In this document: positions 9,642 to 18,860 of the stretch, in pieces
How the letters are laid out: every line of letters starts with the position of its first letter
Position numbering within the stretch: position 1 is the stretch's first letter
Sequence record: MT944117.1
Source: Escherichia phage PNJ1809-36
DNA: 64,000 nt
Strand: one strand, 5' to 3'
The notes under the pieces: generated by a model
The model's database searches: none
The model's input: only the letters and a program-made list of their open reading frames with translations
Told to the model about the DNA's origin: nothing
Made by a program: the position numbers and the translations under genes

Positions 9642-10163
9642 TTAACTCCCCTTTGGTAGATAGAAACCATGCACTTTATCTCGATAAACAAGACGCATAT
9701 CACGTTCCCAGTGTGTTCTTATATTCCGTTTCTTGAAGTATAGAGCACCTTTAGTAACATCTAAAACAGACCGCAATTCAGGAAAATGTTTCTCTAAATA
9801 AAGTAAACGCTCCGCTATTGCTTTTGCTTCCTGCCATTTATCTTTCTCTGTTACGTTAAAAGTTTTCGCATATGAGAATTGCCCTTTCTGGAACAAGACT
9901 CCTCTGACTGTGTTAGGGAAGTAGGTATCATTTCTTCTGTTGATTACCACATTCCCAACGGCATTCATTCCTTTTTTACCCAGACCGCGACCTTCTGCGT
10001 AAATTGCACAAGCTAATAGAATTTTATCATTATATTGCTTTGTACATTTGTGAACTACTTTAGCGGTTTTTACGTTTGCAGCTTCGGCTTTCGCCACAAC
10101 AGGTGTAAATGTAAAAGCAGTTAAGGATAGTAACGCAACTGTTACAAAGTTTTTTATCAGCAA
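9642..10163 (-). CDS. secreted cell-wall hydrolase, SleB/CwlJ-like (candidate endolysin)
   Basis: 173 aa; signal peptide (MLIKNFVTVALLSLTAFTFTPVVAKA); ACAIYAEGRG...AVGNVVINR matches the Hydrolase_2 N-terminal signature; TTG start with AAAAGGAGG SD. Confidence 0.6.
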   Translation of the reverse strand: MLIKNFVTVALLSLTAFTFTPVVAKAEAANVKTAKVVHKCTKQYNDKILLACAIYAEGRGLGKKGMNAVGNVVINRRNDTYFPNTVRGVLFQKGQFSYAKTFNVTEKDKWQEAKAIAERLLYLEKHFPELRSVLDVTKGALYFKKRNIRTHWERDMRLVYRDKVHGFYLPKGS

Positions 10164-10195
10164 ATTTTGCCTCCTTTTTAAGTTAACGAATTTCT

Positions 10196-10224
10196 AGTAT
10201 AACACGATAGAGGCTTTATTGCAA
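10196..10224 (-). promoter_or_regulatory. sigma70-like promoter for hydrolase gene (TTGCAA-17-TATACT)
   Basis: Minus-strand read TTGCAAtaaagcctctatcgtgtTATACT about 30 nt upstream of the TTG start. Confidence 0.5.
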
Positions 10225-10244
10225 GAGGGGGATTTCTCCCCCTC
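10225..10244 (-). other. perfect 8-bp GC hairpin between TerD stop and hydrolase promoter
   Basis: gagggggaTTTCtccccctc; no U-tract on either strand, so not a canonical intrinsic terminator. Confidence 0.4.
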
Positions 10245-10262
10245 AAAATCATTTGTTAATTA

Positions 10263-10865
10263 TTACGGACATTCATACCATTCTTTTTTACCACCAAAGG
10301 CCATCACCACATCACAAATATCCAGACCAGCTTTACCTACACCATATGCTTTCAGCTTCCATTCCCCATCTTCACGAACCAAGGAAGCCACGTGGCAGAT
10401 TGTGTTGCCAGCTACTTCAGGAGCCAGGAAGTCAAAATCCAGAATTTCCACATTGCGCTCGGAGTCGAAGATTTTAAGCATACCTTCAGAAGCATGACCA
10501 AAACGTTTCAGACCTGTATCATCATCAATGGTCAGAACAAAGGCAATCTCTTGTGCATCAGGAGAGATTTTAGCCAGAGTAATATCAATCTGCTCCATGC
10601 TGCCAGTTCCATCACGAACATCGTCACCAGCGAAGGTAGAACGTTCAGGATCAAACTTGTTAGCATAGCAAACCAGATGACGTGCAGACAGCATTTCAGG
10701 ATTGCCAGCGGCATTGTGACGACAAACCAGTGCACTTACATCCAGATCTAGTTTAGAATCAGATTTCCAAGAGAATTCCAGGCGCAGTTCTTTCAGAGCC
10801 GGAGCAACTTTCTTCAGGGAAATTTTTTCGCTAGAGCCTTTTTTCAGGGAAATTTTATCAGTCAT
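10263..10865 (-). CDS. TerD-family protein
   Basis: 200 aa; N-terminal ISLKKG...ISLKK and GDDVRDGTGSMEQI Ca-binding-like motif typical of TerD/TerE/TerZ. Confidence 0.7.
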   Translation of the reverse strand: MTDKISLKKGSSEKISLKKVAPALKELRLEFSWKSDSKLDLDVSALVCRHNAAGNPEMLSARHLVCYANKFDPERSTFAGDDVRDGTGSMEQIDITLAKISPDAQEIAFVLTIDDDTGLKRFGHASEGMLKIFDSERNVEILDFDFLAPEVAGNTICHVASLVREDGEWKLKAYGVGKAGLDICDVVMAFGGKKEWYECP

Positions 10866-10880
10866 TTTTTGTCTCCTCTA

Positions 10881-11150
10881 TTATTTAAGTGTAATACCAG
10901 TTACAGTCAATTCTACTTCCAAAAGCTTAGATGTGTTTTGGATTGATACTAATTGTGCATGATGGTTTAGTTCTACAGCAGAATAATCATTTTCCCCATC
11001 ATCTACTTTTAAATAAACAATGATTTCACTAAGGTCTAAACCATTTTCGTCAAATGCATTTTCATAGACGAAAGTATCTCCTACATCCAAATCTTTAATG
11101 GTAAGGCATCGTTTATTTACTTTTTGCTCATCAATTTCGAAGTTTAACAC
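10881..11150 (-). CDS. small protein, paralog family A (89 aa)
   Basis: GTG start with GGAGGAAGAA SD; paralog of 12172..12450 (shared DLDVG-TF-Y, C-terminal L-x-VT-x-ITLK). Confidence 0.5.
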   Translation of the reverse strand: MLNFEIDEQKVNKRCLTIKDLDVGDTFVYENAFDENGLDLSEIIVYLKVDDGENDYSAVELNHHAQLVSIQNTSKLLEVELTVTGITLK

Positions 11151-11379
11151 TTCTTCCTCCTAATGTTATCTCCGGTTTGTATATACGAAGAATTATAGCA
11201 TTTTCATTTTCTTTGTCAACCCATTCTTCATAATCAGGCCATACATGAATCTCTACTCTACTTACAATATCTTCCATTCGCACAGTCCCAATGAAATACT
11301 CTTTGAGACTGCGTATAATGAAAGCTTCTCTCTCGCGCCAATAATTTTCTATGACTTGAGAGGCAAGCTCGTCGATCAT
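11131..11379 (-). CDS. hypothetical protein (82 aa)
   Basis: ORF track; start overlaps vWA stop. Confidence 0.45.
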   Translation of the reverse strand: MIDELASQVIENYWREREAFIIRSLKEYFIGTVRMEDIVSRVEIHVWPDYEEWVDKENENAIILRIYKPEITLGGRSVKLRN

Positions 11380-12170
11380 TTTTTAGCACCTACTTTAACA
11401 ACCCACTCTCCGAACTCTTCAGATAAGAGTTTGTCATAAAGCTCTGAATCTGTCAAGTCTAAATCTTTAATGCCAATAAAACCAACATTATCATAAGCAT
11501 TTGCCAGTTCTTTCAGGAAGCCAAACTTCTCATTACCAACGCCAACCATGAACCAATAAATAGGTTTATTCTTATTCTCTTCGATAAGACGACGAACAGC
11601 ACTAGGATCACCATTCTCACCATCAGTCTGGAAGAATACAACACCAGGGGTAACGTCAGCACCTGGTTCAGATACAGCTACAACTTTTTCACGCTCTACA
11701 GACACTGTTTCAGTTTTACCAAGCAGACGATTAAAGAAGCCTTTCTTTGGAGCCTCCTCTTGTACCACTTGTTTAGTGGTAATATATTTAGTAACAGTGC
11801 CAAAATACTCATCGTAGATATCTGCCATTACAGGGGCGTAATTTGTTCCACCTCCGATACGAACATTACGCATACATTTACCAACATAATCGTCGTAAAC
11901 ATTTGCTGTTGCTGGAGTAAGCTCTTGGGAACTCGTATTGAAGGCCCACATATCAATTTGTTGATTATCGTCGAACAGCATACCAAAAGGAAGCAGTTTA
12001 CCTACAAAATCACTCACTACCCCACTAGAATATAGACCATGCATACTACCAGAAATATCTAGAGCACATGCTACACGAAGAACAATCTTACCTTCATTCA
12101 GGTTCTTATTCTTTTTCAGAGAGAAAGCAAGGTTTTCTTGACGTTTTTTCAGGCTGATTTTCTCGGACAT
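11376..12170 (-). CDS. von Willebrand factor A domain protein (TerY-like)
   Basis: 264 aa; MIDAS DISGSM, FFQTDGENG; N-terminal ISLKK repeat as in TerD proteins. Confidence 0.6.
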   Translation of the reverse strand: MSEKISLKKRQENLAFSLKKNKNLNEGKIVLRVACALDISGSMHGLYSSGVVSDFVGKLLPFGMLFDDNQQIDMWAFNTSSQELTPATANVYDDYVGKCMRNVRIGGGTNYAPVMADIYDEYFGTVTKYITTKQVVQEEAPKKGFFNRLLGKTETVSVEREKVVAVSEPGADVTPGVVFFQTDGENGDPSAVRRLIEENKNKPIYWFMVGVGNEKFGFLKELANAYDNVGFIGIKDLDLTDSELYDKLLSEEFGEWVVKVGAKK

Positions 12171-12171
12171 A

Positions 12172-12450
12172 TTATTTCTCCTTCTTAAGTGTAATATTGG
12201 TAACTTCTAAATCTACTTCCACCATATTTGTATCTGGTGGGATGCAATGAGTATAGCCTCGTTGTGCTAGTGATCCATTAATACAAATCGCACTGTTTGT
12301 GGAATTTTTAATGAACACCAAGTTACGGTAGGTATCCAACCCTGCGTCTTCATAGGCATCATAATACATGAATGTGGCCCCTACGTCAAGATCTTCGAAA
12401 GCAATAGGTAAATCCTGACTTTTTTCTTCTTGAATATTGAATCTAAACAC
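12172..12450 (-). CDS. small protein, paralog family A (about 92 aa)
   Basis: ORF track 12172..12516 trimmed to GTG with GAGGAGG SD overlapping upstream stop; paralog of 10881..11150. Confidence 0.45.
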   Translation of the reverse strand: MFRFNIQEEKSQDLPIAFEDLDVGATFMYYDAYEDAGLDTYRNLVFIKNSTNSAICINGSLAQRGYTHCIPPDTNMVEVDLEVTNITLKKEK

Positions 12451-13006
12451 ACATACCTCCTCTACCAATTTTGAAGCCCAAATCGTAAGCTTCCTTAGTG
12501 ATCTTTTGTAACTCACTTATAGGAAGTGTTACAAGAGGATCATCTTCTTCAATTTCCATCTTGTCATCTTCTGTTTCAATGAGAGTATTATGCACTTTGT
12601 GATAAGGGTTGTCAACACGTTTAAACTTATTCTTTTCTGTGCTGAAAAAACAATCTGGATCTTCTTCACCATCACCCCAACCTTGGTTAGGATCTCCGTC
12701 AGATTGTTCTGTAGGGATTTCACCTGTAAAGTACTCTTCCAGCACCATAGCGATACCGTCCCTTGGATTTGAGGAATGCATCAAATCACAAACCTTACCC
12801 CAATCCATAGCCCATTCGAACCGTTCACGAACGCCGTTTTCATCCTCCTTTCCAGAGAAAACACAACCATAACTATCATAGTTGCCATACATCTCTTCAA
12901 TAACAACACCGTCCTTCAAAAGAAAGAGATAACAAGGTGATCCGTCGAAAGAAGTAGAAAGGGCAGCTTTGCCCGATTCTTTGCACAAAAAGCTAAAACA
13001 ACCCAT
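12443..13006 (-). CDS. hypothetical acidic protein (187 aa)
   Basis: ORF track; AGGAGG SD. Confidence 0.5.
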   Translation of the reverse strand: MGCFSFLCKESGKAALSTSFDGSPCYLFLLKDGVVIEEMYGNYDSYGCVFSGKEDENGVRERFEWAMDWGKVCDLMHSSNPRDGIAMVLEEYFTGEIPTEQSDGDPNQGWGDGEEDPDCFFSTEKNKFKRVDNPYHKVHNTLIETEDDKMEIEEDDPLVTLPISELQKITKEAYDLGFKIGRGGMCV

Positions 13007-13404
13007 TACAAACCCTCCTTCAGATTATCAAGAGCTACAGTGGTTTCACAAAATTCTCCATAAGCTTTATGATGTTCCAGAAAAGCTTCGGGTCCACCCC
13101 AGTCATTATCTTGTGTATTCCAGCCATCAATAAAAGCATCTTCAATGATTGTGATCAGTTCCTGTCGAGTCAACGTAATGGTATCAGGTTTCTGCGTAGT
13201 TTCCACACGGAACCCTGGTTCTTCATAAAAACCTTTAGTTACAATGGATTCTAACTCTTCTGCATCACAGAGGAAGTAGCCACAAAGATAACACCAACCG
13301 TCACCATCTTTCATTACTTCATAAACTTCACCACTTGCTAACTTGGTGAAAAGAGTAGGGTCTGTTACTGTAAGTTTTAAAAGAATACCTGTTGGATTAT
13401 ACAT
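13006..13404 (-). CDS. hypothetical protein (132 aa)
   Basis: ORF track; AGGAGGAAGAAG SD. Confidence 0.5.
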   Translation of the reverse strand: MYNPTGILLKLTVTDPTLFTKLASGEVYEVMKDGDGWCYLCGYFLCDAEELESIVTKGFYEEPGFRVETTQKPDTITLTRQELITIIEDAFIDGWNTQDNDWGGPEAFLEHHKAYGEFCETTVALDNLKEGL

Positions 13405-13570
13405 CTTCTTCCTCCTCTAAAATATGGAACCCGTAATTACAATAATCCTGAAAGGTTTCGTGTGCAAGATCTTCTATATCTTCTTGAGACATATCATCTT
13501 CAATTTCGATATCTACAACCTCATTGCATCCACACCAAGCAGTTTCAATATTCACTCGTAATATTTTCAT
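13397..13570 (-). CDS. hypothetical small acidic protein (57 aa)
   Basis: Manual translation MKILRVNIETAWCGCNEVVDIEIEDD...; start and stop overlap neighbouring genes; below ORF-track cutoff. Confidence 0.35.
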   Translation of the reverse strand: MKILRVNIETAWCGCNEVVDIEIEDDMSQEDIEDLAHETFQDYCNYGFHILEEEEDV

Positions 13571-13764
13571 TACTCCTCCTCATTGAAGTCAATATCTGCA
13601 AGGAGTTCGAATTTACGGAAGTTACGACAACCTTCATAAATATAACAATCACGACAAACTGCTAGAACACTTGGGGGATATATGCCTCCCATCGGTGCGA
13701 ATCGTTTTTCGTCATCATAACGGACACCAATGTCTTCATCAATTATATAGATACGGATTCTCAT
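13570..13764 (-). CDS. hypothetical protein (64 aa)
   Basis: ORF track; overlaps TelA-like stop. Confidence 0.4.
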   Translation of the reverse strand: MRIRIYIIDEDIGVRYDDEKRFAPMGGIYPPSVLAVCRDCYIYEGCRNFRKFELLADIDFNEEE

Positions 13765-14873
13765 TTACCAAGCCCTCGTTTCACAGCAGCTACCATCCCG
13801 TCTTCCAGAGATTGAACTTCATTAATATAATCAACACGAGCAGCACGGGCTTCCGTATTGATGCGGTTAGTTTCTTCCAACATCTTAACCAAGTTTTCCT
13901 GATCGTGACGCAGAGTTTCAATATCCAACACTTGACGGTTAGCCAGTGCTGCTGCTTCGATCTGATTCTGTGTGGCAAGATCGCTACCCAGTTTAATTGC
14001 CAGGTTAAATTCATCAAGAACGTTATTCTGCGTCTCTGCTGCTTTCATTTGACGTAAGCTCTCGATATACATTGAGAAGTTAGCAGAGTAAGCAGGAATA
14101 ACATTATTTACTATGTTACGCGCAGATCGCATTAAGCTTGCAGAAACTTTTTGCATACCTTGTACACGCGGTCCCATTTGGACACACAGTAGGCGCAATG
14201 CTTTTAAATCTGCAATACGAATCTCCAGAAGATCCAAAGTATCTCGGATCACTTGTCGCTGTTCTACTGCATCTTCTGGAAGAGCAGCCAAAGCTTGTTC
14301 TTCTTTTTCATAGGTTGCTGTTAGAAGCTGCATATCTCGGTTCAAACTTGCAGCATATTGTCCAATAGCTTGATGTAGCTTTTCAAGATATACCAAGGAA
14401 TCTTCTTCTTTGCGAATATCCATTTGAAGGTTCTTTACCAACTCTTCAATACGGTTATTAACATTATCAAACTCCCCAAACAGATCTTCTTTCATACCCA
14501 TAACTTTTTTAATGAGTTTAGTAATACCCTTGCTTTGTTTAATAGAGTTTGGATCAAGTTGTTTTGCCTGTTTAATCAAAGCTGTGAGTCGTTCACTCAT
14601 CTGATCGCCTTGATTACTACGTTGATGTTTTAATACCTCGGCATTCAAGGAACGCAAGGTTGTTCCTGCCTCTGCCCCAATCTCTTCAATCTCTTGTCGG
14701 GTCATAGAAGGCAAAACTGGAACTTCTTGCGGTGCCGCTGGTGCATAAACAGGACTGGCATCTAACACGCTTGGAGCGAATACAGATTTACTTGCATCGG
14801 TTGTTGCAGCAAATACGCTCATTTCAGGCTTCTTCTGACCACCAGTAGCTGCTTTTAAAAATGGACTTGTCAT
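13761..14873 (-). CDS. TelA/KlaA-like toxic-anion-resistance family protein (tentative)
   Basis: 370 aa, mostly predicted coiled-coil, size and position between TerD and TerC fit TelA; no diagnostic motif verified. Confidence 0.45.
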   Translation of the reverse strand: MTSPFLKAATGGQKKPEMSVFAATTDASKSVFAPSVLDASPVYAPAAPQEVPVLPSMTRQEIEEIGAEAGTTLRSLNAEVLKHQRSNQGDQMSERLTALIKQAKQLDPNSIKQSKGITKLIKKVMGMKEDLFGEFDNVNNRIEELVKNLQMDIRKEEDSLVYLEKLHQAIGQYAASLNRDMQLLTATYEKEEQALAALPEDAVEQRQVIRDTLDLLEIRIADLKALRLLCVQMGPRVQGMQKVSASLMRSARNIVNNVIPAYSANFSMYIESLRQMKAAETQNNVLDEFNLAIKLGSDLATQNQIEAAALANRQVLDIETLRHDQENLVKMLEETNRINTEARAARVDYINEVQSLEDGMVAAVKRGLGK

Positions 14874-15460
14874 TCTTCATTCTCCTCTTCTGCATCTCTT
14901 ATATATGGTGAAACACCGTACTCTTTAGCTACTTTAACCCAATCGTCCCATTTATACAACCATAATTTTCCTTCGGTCCCTTCTTTATCTGATTTCAACC
15001 ACATATTAGGTTGCTTACCTGGGTGCATGCGATTAGGTTTACGATTATAACCTCTAACACATCTTGTCGCAAACCTATCTACCAGAACAAGAACATATTT
15101 ATATTCGTGGTTCAACGGCTCTTTGGAAGTGGCTTTAGGATTAGCCCCTAATTCTGCTGCCAGTTTTTGCCAATGAGCACCGTGCCTACTAAACTTACCC
15201 ATACAACCATCAATAGCATGAGCAATTTCGTGCTTCATTGTATCCACGATCATATCTCTTGTGGAGTTCTTATGCAAGTGCCAATTTACAACAACAATTT
15301 TATCTCGGTAGTTGCACCAACCGAAAGAGTTATTCACTTTGTTTCTAACACAAGCTTTATATCCTGCTTCACGTAACATGTTGTAGTAAACAGGAAAATC
15401 TTCTTTTATTTCCTGCATCACTTCCCACCACAAGAGTTGCAAGTCTCTCTCGGTATACAT
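14870..15460 (-). CDS. SprT-like zinc metalloprotease domain protein
   Basis: 196 aa; HEIAHAIDG (HExxH) followed by HGAHW. Confidence 0.55.
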   Translation of the reverse strand: MYTERDLQLLWWEVMQEIKEDFPVYYNMLREAGYKACVRNKVNNSFGWCNYRDKIVVVNWHLHKNSTRDMIVDTMKHEIAHAIDGCMGKFSRHGAHWQKLAAELGANPKATSKEPLNHEYKYVLVLVDRFATRCVRGYNRKPNRMHPGKQPNMWLKSDKEGTEGKLWLYKWDDWVKVAKEYGVSPYIRDAEEENEE

Positions 15461-15463
15461 AAC

Positions 15464-16057
15464 TTACACCTTAAAAGTGAAATGCGTGGTCGTGGCTTCA
15501 AAATCAGGGCCAGATAAACGTGCACTGAAATCTGAAATATTTGTAATTAAAAAGCTTTTATGCATACCTAACACAGCCACGCTTTCAATATCTTCTACTA
15601 ACATTTCAATCATGTTAGAAACATGGCTGAACGTAGAGTTTTGTTTTTTGATGGTGTAGAAAGAAAGATTCCCACCTGCTGTATAAGATACCTCTTCAAA
15701 ATCTTTAATCGTATATTGTGTACCATCAGTAAAGAAAATGGTAGCTTTATTAGTAGCACGTTTCTTGTTTTTTGGTCCTTTTTTACGTTTACTGCGAGTA
15801 GGCAAACCGTTTGGGAACACCGTAGCTACAAATTCTTCAGGGGAAACCTCCTTACCGAAATCATAATCGTAAGAAACAGCGTCTATACACTCGTCGTCTT
15901 CATTTTTAAAATAATGAAAATAGGGCCAATTTGAGAGATTATCGAGCATCTTATGCGCATCCACAACAGAGAACGTATCCCTCAAAGCACGTGTGATTTG
16001 CAAAGCATTAGGCAAACTTTTAACACCTGTAATGGAAGTACGAATAGAAATTGTCAT
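15464..16057 (-). CDS. hypothetical protein (197 aa)
   Basis: ORF track; AAGGAG SD; lysine-rich patch KRKKGPKNKKR. Confidence 0.5.
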   Translation of the reverse strand: MTISIRTSITGVKSLPNALQITRALRDTFSVVDAHKMLDNLSNWPYFHYFKNEDDECIDAVSYDYDFGKEVSPEEFVATVFPNGLPTRSKRKKGPKNKKRATNKATIFFTDGTQYTIKDFEEVSYTAGGNLSFYTIKKQNSTFSHVSNMIEMLVEDIESVAVLGMHKSFLITNISDFSARLSGPDFEATTTHFTFKV

Positions 16058-16071
16058 TGTTTTTCTCCTTA

Positions 16072-16509
16072 TTAACGTCGCTTGCTACGAGATGAACTCT
16101 TTTTACTTAAAGGGCTATTGTAAGATTTACGAGTTGTATAGCTACTATTTGTTTTAAAAGTTTGTCTCGGCTTTTCATAAGTTTTTATCTCTTGTTTAGG
16201 CTTACCATAAAAATTAGTTTTCGGTTTAGGTGTATTATAATGCTTATTAATAATCGTTCTGTTATCGTTATAATCCCCACTGCTACGATTACTACCACCA
16301 CTCATCATATGCCCTAACAACATACCTGTAGCAAACTCACCAACACCGCTACTACTAGAACCGCCACCATTGTTGATAATAGTTGTATCTCCGTCAGATC
16401 CTTGTTGAGCGTATTGTTGAGGAGGTTGTTGGTATTGTGCAGGATTTGTTTCATCCTCGCAAGCTGTTAAAAAGATACAACCAATTAAAATCAGGGCTAG
16501 TTTTTTCAT
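16072..16509 (-). CDS. lipoprotein (Gly/Ser-rich)
   Basis: ORF track trimmed to ATG with GAGGA SD; MKKLALILIGCIFLTAC has a lipobox (LTAC). Confidence 0.5.
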   Translation of the reverse strand: MKKLALILIGCIFLTACEDETNPAQYQQPPQQYAQQGSDGDTTIINNGGGSSSSGVGEFATGMLLGHMMSGGSNRSSGDYNDNRTIINKHYNTPKPKTNFYGKPKQEIKTYEKPRQTFKTNSSYTTRKSYNSPLSKKSSSRSKRR

Positions 16510-16696
16510 ATTTGCTTTCCTCATTTTGACTATTAATACATCTGTGTTTGAAATCTCCAGAGAAGCAATAAAGTTGCTCTCCATCTCGGTATAAACTCAC
16601 TTTACTGCCGTTGATTACGCTTGTCAATACAAAAATTACAACAAACAACCCTATTGCAAAACAAATATTTTCAAACACAACCAACAAGTATTTCAT
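16451..16696 (-). CDS. possible small membrane protein (81 aa)
   Basis: ORF track; hydrophobic N-terminus; 3' part overlaps lipoprotein gene. Confidence 0.25.
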   Translation of the reverse strand: MKYLLVVFENICFAIGLFVVIFVLTSVINGSKVSLYRDGEQLYCFSGDFKHRCINSQNEESKYEKTSPDFNWLYLFNSLRG

Positions 16697-17043
16697 TTTA
16701 AAAATACCTCATCATCAGTCTCATTATCCCAGAAGAACAAATCCCAACCATTCGGATCATTCCATTTGGCTGCTGGAGAAGTCCATATTTGTTCGATATC
16801 AATATTCAAAACTTCACCGTTTCGTTTTGAAACAGCTTTAGTTAATTCCCAACGAGATACAGGCTCTACTTCCCCTGAACCACTCCCACAACAAGCTACC
16901 ACGTTAGGAGGCAAATTAATTGGATCTTTGGTCACGATCATAACGCTTACCCCAGGGTAAACTTTTGAAAGATAATCTAAAACGTAATCCACATCACCAG
17001 ATAAATCCCAAACAAGTTCTTGAATTTCATCAAAATTATTCAT
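16693..17043 (-). CDS. hypothetical protein (116 aa)
   Basis: ORF track; AGGAGAG SD. Confidence 0.5.
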   Translation of the reverse strand: MNNFDEIQELVWDLSGDVDYVLDYLSKVYPGVSVMIVTKDPINLPPNVVACCGSGSGEVEPVSRWELTKAVSKRNGEVLNIDIEQIWTSPAAKWNDPNGWDLFFWDNETDDEVFLK

Positions 17044-17053
17044 AAGTCTCTCC

Positions 17054-17079
17054 TATAAAATAGCCTCCCGAAGGAGGCT
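17054..17079 (-). terminator. intrinsic terminator after TerC
   Basis: Minus-strand gagccTCC-UUCG-GGAggcu followed by AUUUUAU. Confidence 0.5.
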
Positions 17080-17085
17080 CATCTA

Positions 17086-18060
17086 TTAAACAGCAGCTTC
17101 TTCTTTTTCAGGGAAGATAAAGCTTGCAATAACACCAAGAGCTAATGTGCCTAGAACAATCATCAGACTTACGTTAGGGGAAATATCATGCGGGAGGAAT
17201 GACCACTTGGCATGAAGTGTTTCACCGAACGGGTGATACATAAGTTTAGCACCAACAAACACCAGAACCACAGCAACAGCTTTCTCTAAGTGAACCAGAT
17301 ATTTCACAGCTACACTTAACACAAAGAAAAGTGCACGTAAACCAAGAACAGCCATCAGCATTGCAGAATAAACTAGCAGAGGTTCTTGTGTCACACCGAT
17401 CACAGCCGGAACTGAATCAAAAGAGAAGACAATATCTGTAAGCTCAATAACAAACACACAAAGAATAGCAGGAGTTGCATATTTAATACCATTCTTAATG
17501 GTGATGAACTTTTCACCATCCAGTGCATTGTGCACAGGCAGAACTTTACCTACTAAACGAACAGCCCAATGCTTAGAGTAATCAATATCCTCTTCTTCGT
17601 CACCACCTTTGATGATAGCCACGGCAGACCAAGCTACAATCAAACCGAACAACACTTGGACCGACCAATGAAGGTTAAACAAAGCGGTCCCTGCTGCAAC
17701 AAAAATACCTCGGAAGACAATGGCTCCTGCAATCCCCCAAAGTAAAATCTTATGTTGGAGATGTGTGCTCTTAATTCCAAAGCTTGCAAAAATTGCCATG
17801 AACACCATCAGGTTATCTACAGAAAGACTCTTTTCCAACACATAGCCACTTAGGAAAAGCGCGGCAAACTCTTTACCATGTTCTACCCAAATGAATGCGT
17901 AATATCCTAAAGCTAAAGCAATCCAAAAAACAGACCAAAGCAAAGCAGATTTAATTCCAATTTCTTTATTCTCTTTGTGACCAAAGAAATCAATACCAAT
18001 AGACAATGCTAAAATACCAACTAAAACAACTACATCAATAATTGGGAAACCAAGTTGCAT
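17086..18060 (-). CDS. TerC-family integral membrane protein
   Basis: 324 aa, multi-pass hydrophobic; LEKSLSVDN and FSFDSVPAV match the two TerC DN/DS motifs. Confidence 0.7.
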   Translation of the reverse strand: MQLGFPIIDVVVLVGILALSIGIDFFGHKENKEIGIKSALLWSVFWIALALGYYAFIWVEHGKEFAALFLSGYVLEKSLSVDNLMVFMAIFASFGIKSTHLQHKILLWGIAGAIVFRGIFVAAGTALFNLHWSVQVLFGLIVAWSAVAIIKGGDEEEDIDYSKHWAVRLVGKVLPVHNALDGEKFITIKNGIKYATPAILCVFVIELTDIVFSFDSVPAVIGVTQEPLLVYSAMLMAVLGLRALFFVLSVAVKYLVHLEKAVAVVLVFVGAKLMYHPFGETLHAKWSFLPHDISPNVSLMIVLGTLALGVIASFIFPEKEEAAV

Positions 18061-18077
18061 TCTTTTCTCCTCTCTTT

Positions 18078-18136
18078 GCGGGGAACTATTCCCCGCTTCA
18101 TGTGATATATCTTACTCTTTTTAAGAACTATGTCAA
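18078..18136 (-). promoter_or_regulatory. promoter plus leader-hairpin cassette driving TerC (TTGACA-16-TAAGAT, hairpin gcggggaaTAGttccccgc)
   Basis: Same architecture as the rightward cassettes at 40.3-50 kb, on the minus strand. Confidence 0.55.
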
Positions 18137-18139
18137 CAC

Positions 18140-18361
18140 TTATTTTGTTGAATGAGAGGAAAAGATTCCTCGTAATACAGCCAGAATAAACGAAACACAA
18201 ACCACGGTCCAGAAGGTTACTGGGACAGTGATATCTGCATGACCCATAACTTCAGCAACATAGTTGTAAGCCAGCAACAGTAACCAAGCTGGAATCAAAC
18301 TAAGCATAAAAGCAATAACAAAAAAGCTTACCACTGCAACAATACCTGCAAAAACACCCAT
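18140..18361 (-). CDS. small membrane protein (73 aa)
   Basis: ORF track; two hydrophobic segments; GAGGAG SD. Confidence 0.45.
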   Translation of the reverse strand: MGVFAGIVAVVSFFVIAFMLSLIPAWLLLLAYNYVAEVMGHADITVPVTFWTVVCVSFILAVLRGIFSSHSTK

Positions 18362-18373
18362 ACTAATCTCCTC

Positions 18374-18847
18374 TTAAAGTTTATAAATAGTCACATCGTG
18401 ACCTGTTTTTACTAAAGTTTCTTCAATCATCACTTGGATGATAGCCCAATTACCTCCAGCATATCCAGCGCCAATCATAGGTAAGCCGATCTTACATTTT
18501 TGGTCACGGAGAAGCAAATCGTTAGCCATAGCTATTAGTGCATCGTAAAGTGCATCATAGTCCAACTGACGACCTTTAGCATTGTATCCGTAACGGTATT
18601 GCCCGTATAGATTATATACCAAAGGGTCTGATTGTTCGTCTGGCACCCCTAAACTAAAACAACCTAGTTTACTTTGATCACCAGCCATTGTGTCTAAGTC
18701 TGCTGCATATGCGTAAGGAAATGCTTGTTTGATTTGTGGGGCAATACCTGCCCCCATATTACACATACAGTTGCAACAATGAGCAATAACAGTTACTTCA
18801 CCTGCTTTAGCGGCATCAATAAGATTACCTGTTTTCATTTTAAGCAT
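18374..18847 (-). CDS. macro-domain-like protein
   Basis: ORF track trimmed to ATG with AAGGAG SD right after PRTase stop; GNLIDAAKAGEVTVIAHCCNC...GAGIA and KIGLPMIGAGYAGG resemble the macro-domain N- and C-terminal motifs. Confidence 0.5.
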   Translation of the reverse strand: MLKMKTGNLIDAAKAGEVTVIAHCCNCMCNMGAGIAPQIKQAFPYAYAADLDTMAGDQSKLGCFSLGVPDEQSDPLVYNLYGQYRYGYNAKGRQLDYDALYDALIAMANDLLLRDQKCKIGLPMIGAGYAGGNWAIIQVMIEETLVKTGHDVTIYKL

Positions 18848-18860
18848 TTTTAGCTCCTTA

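Noticed and set aside
10225-10244. Perfect 8-bp GC hairpin after TerD as an intrinsic terminator
   Set aside because: No U-tract follows on either strand; kept only as a hairpin of unknown role.
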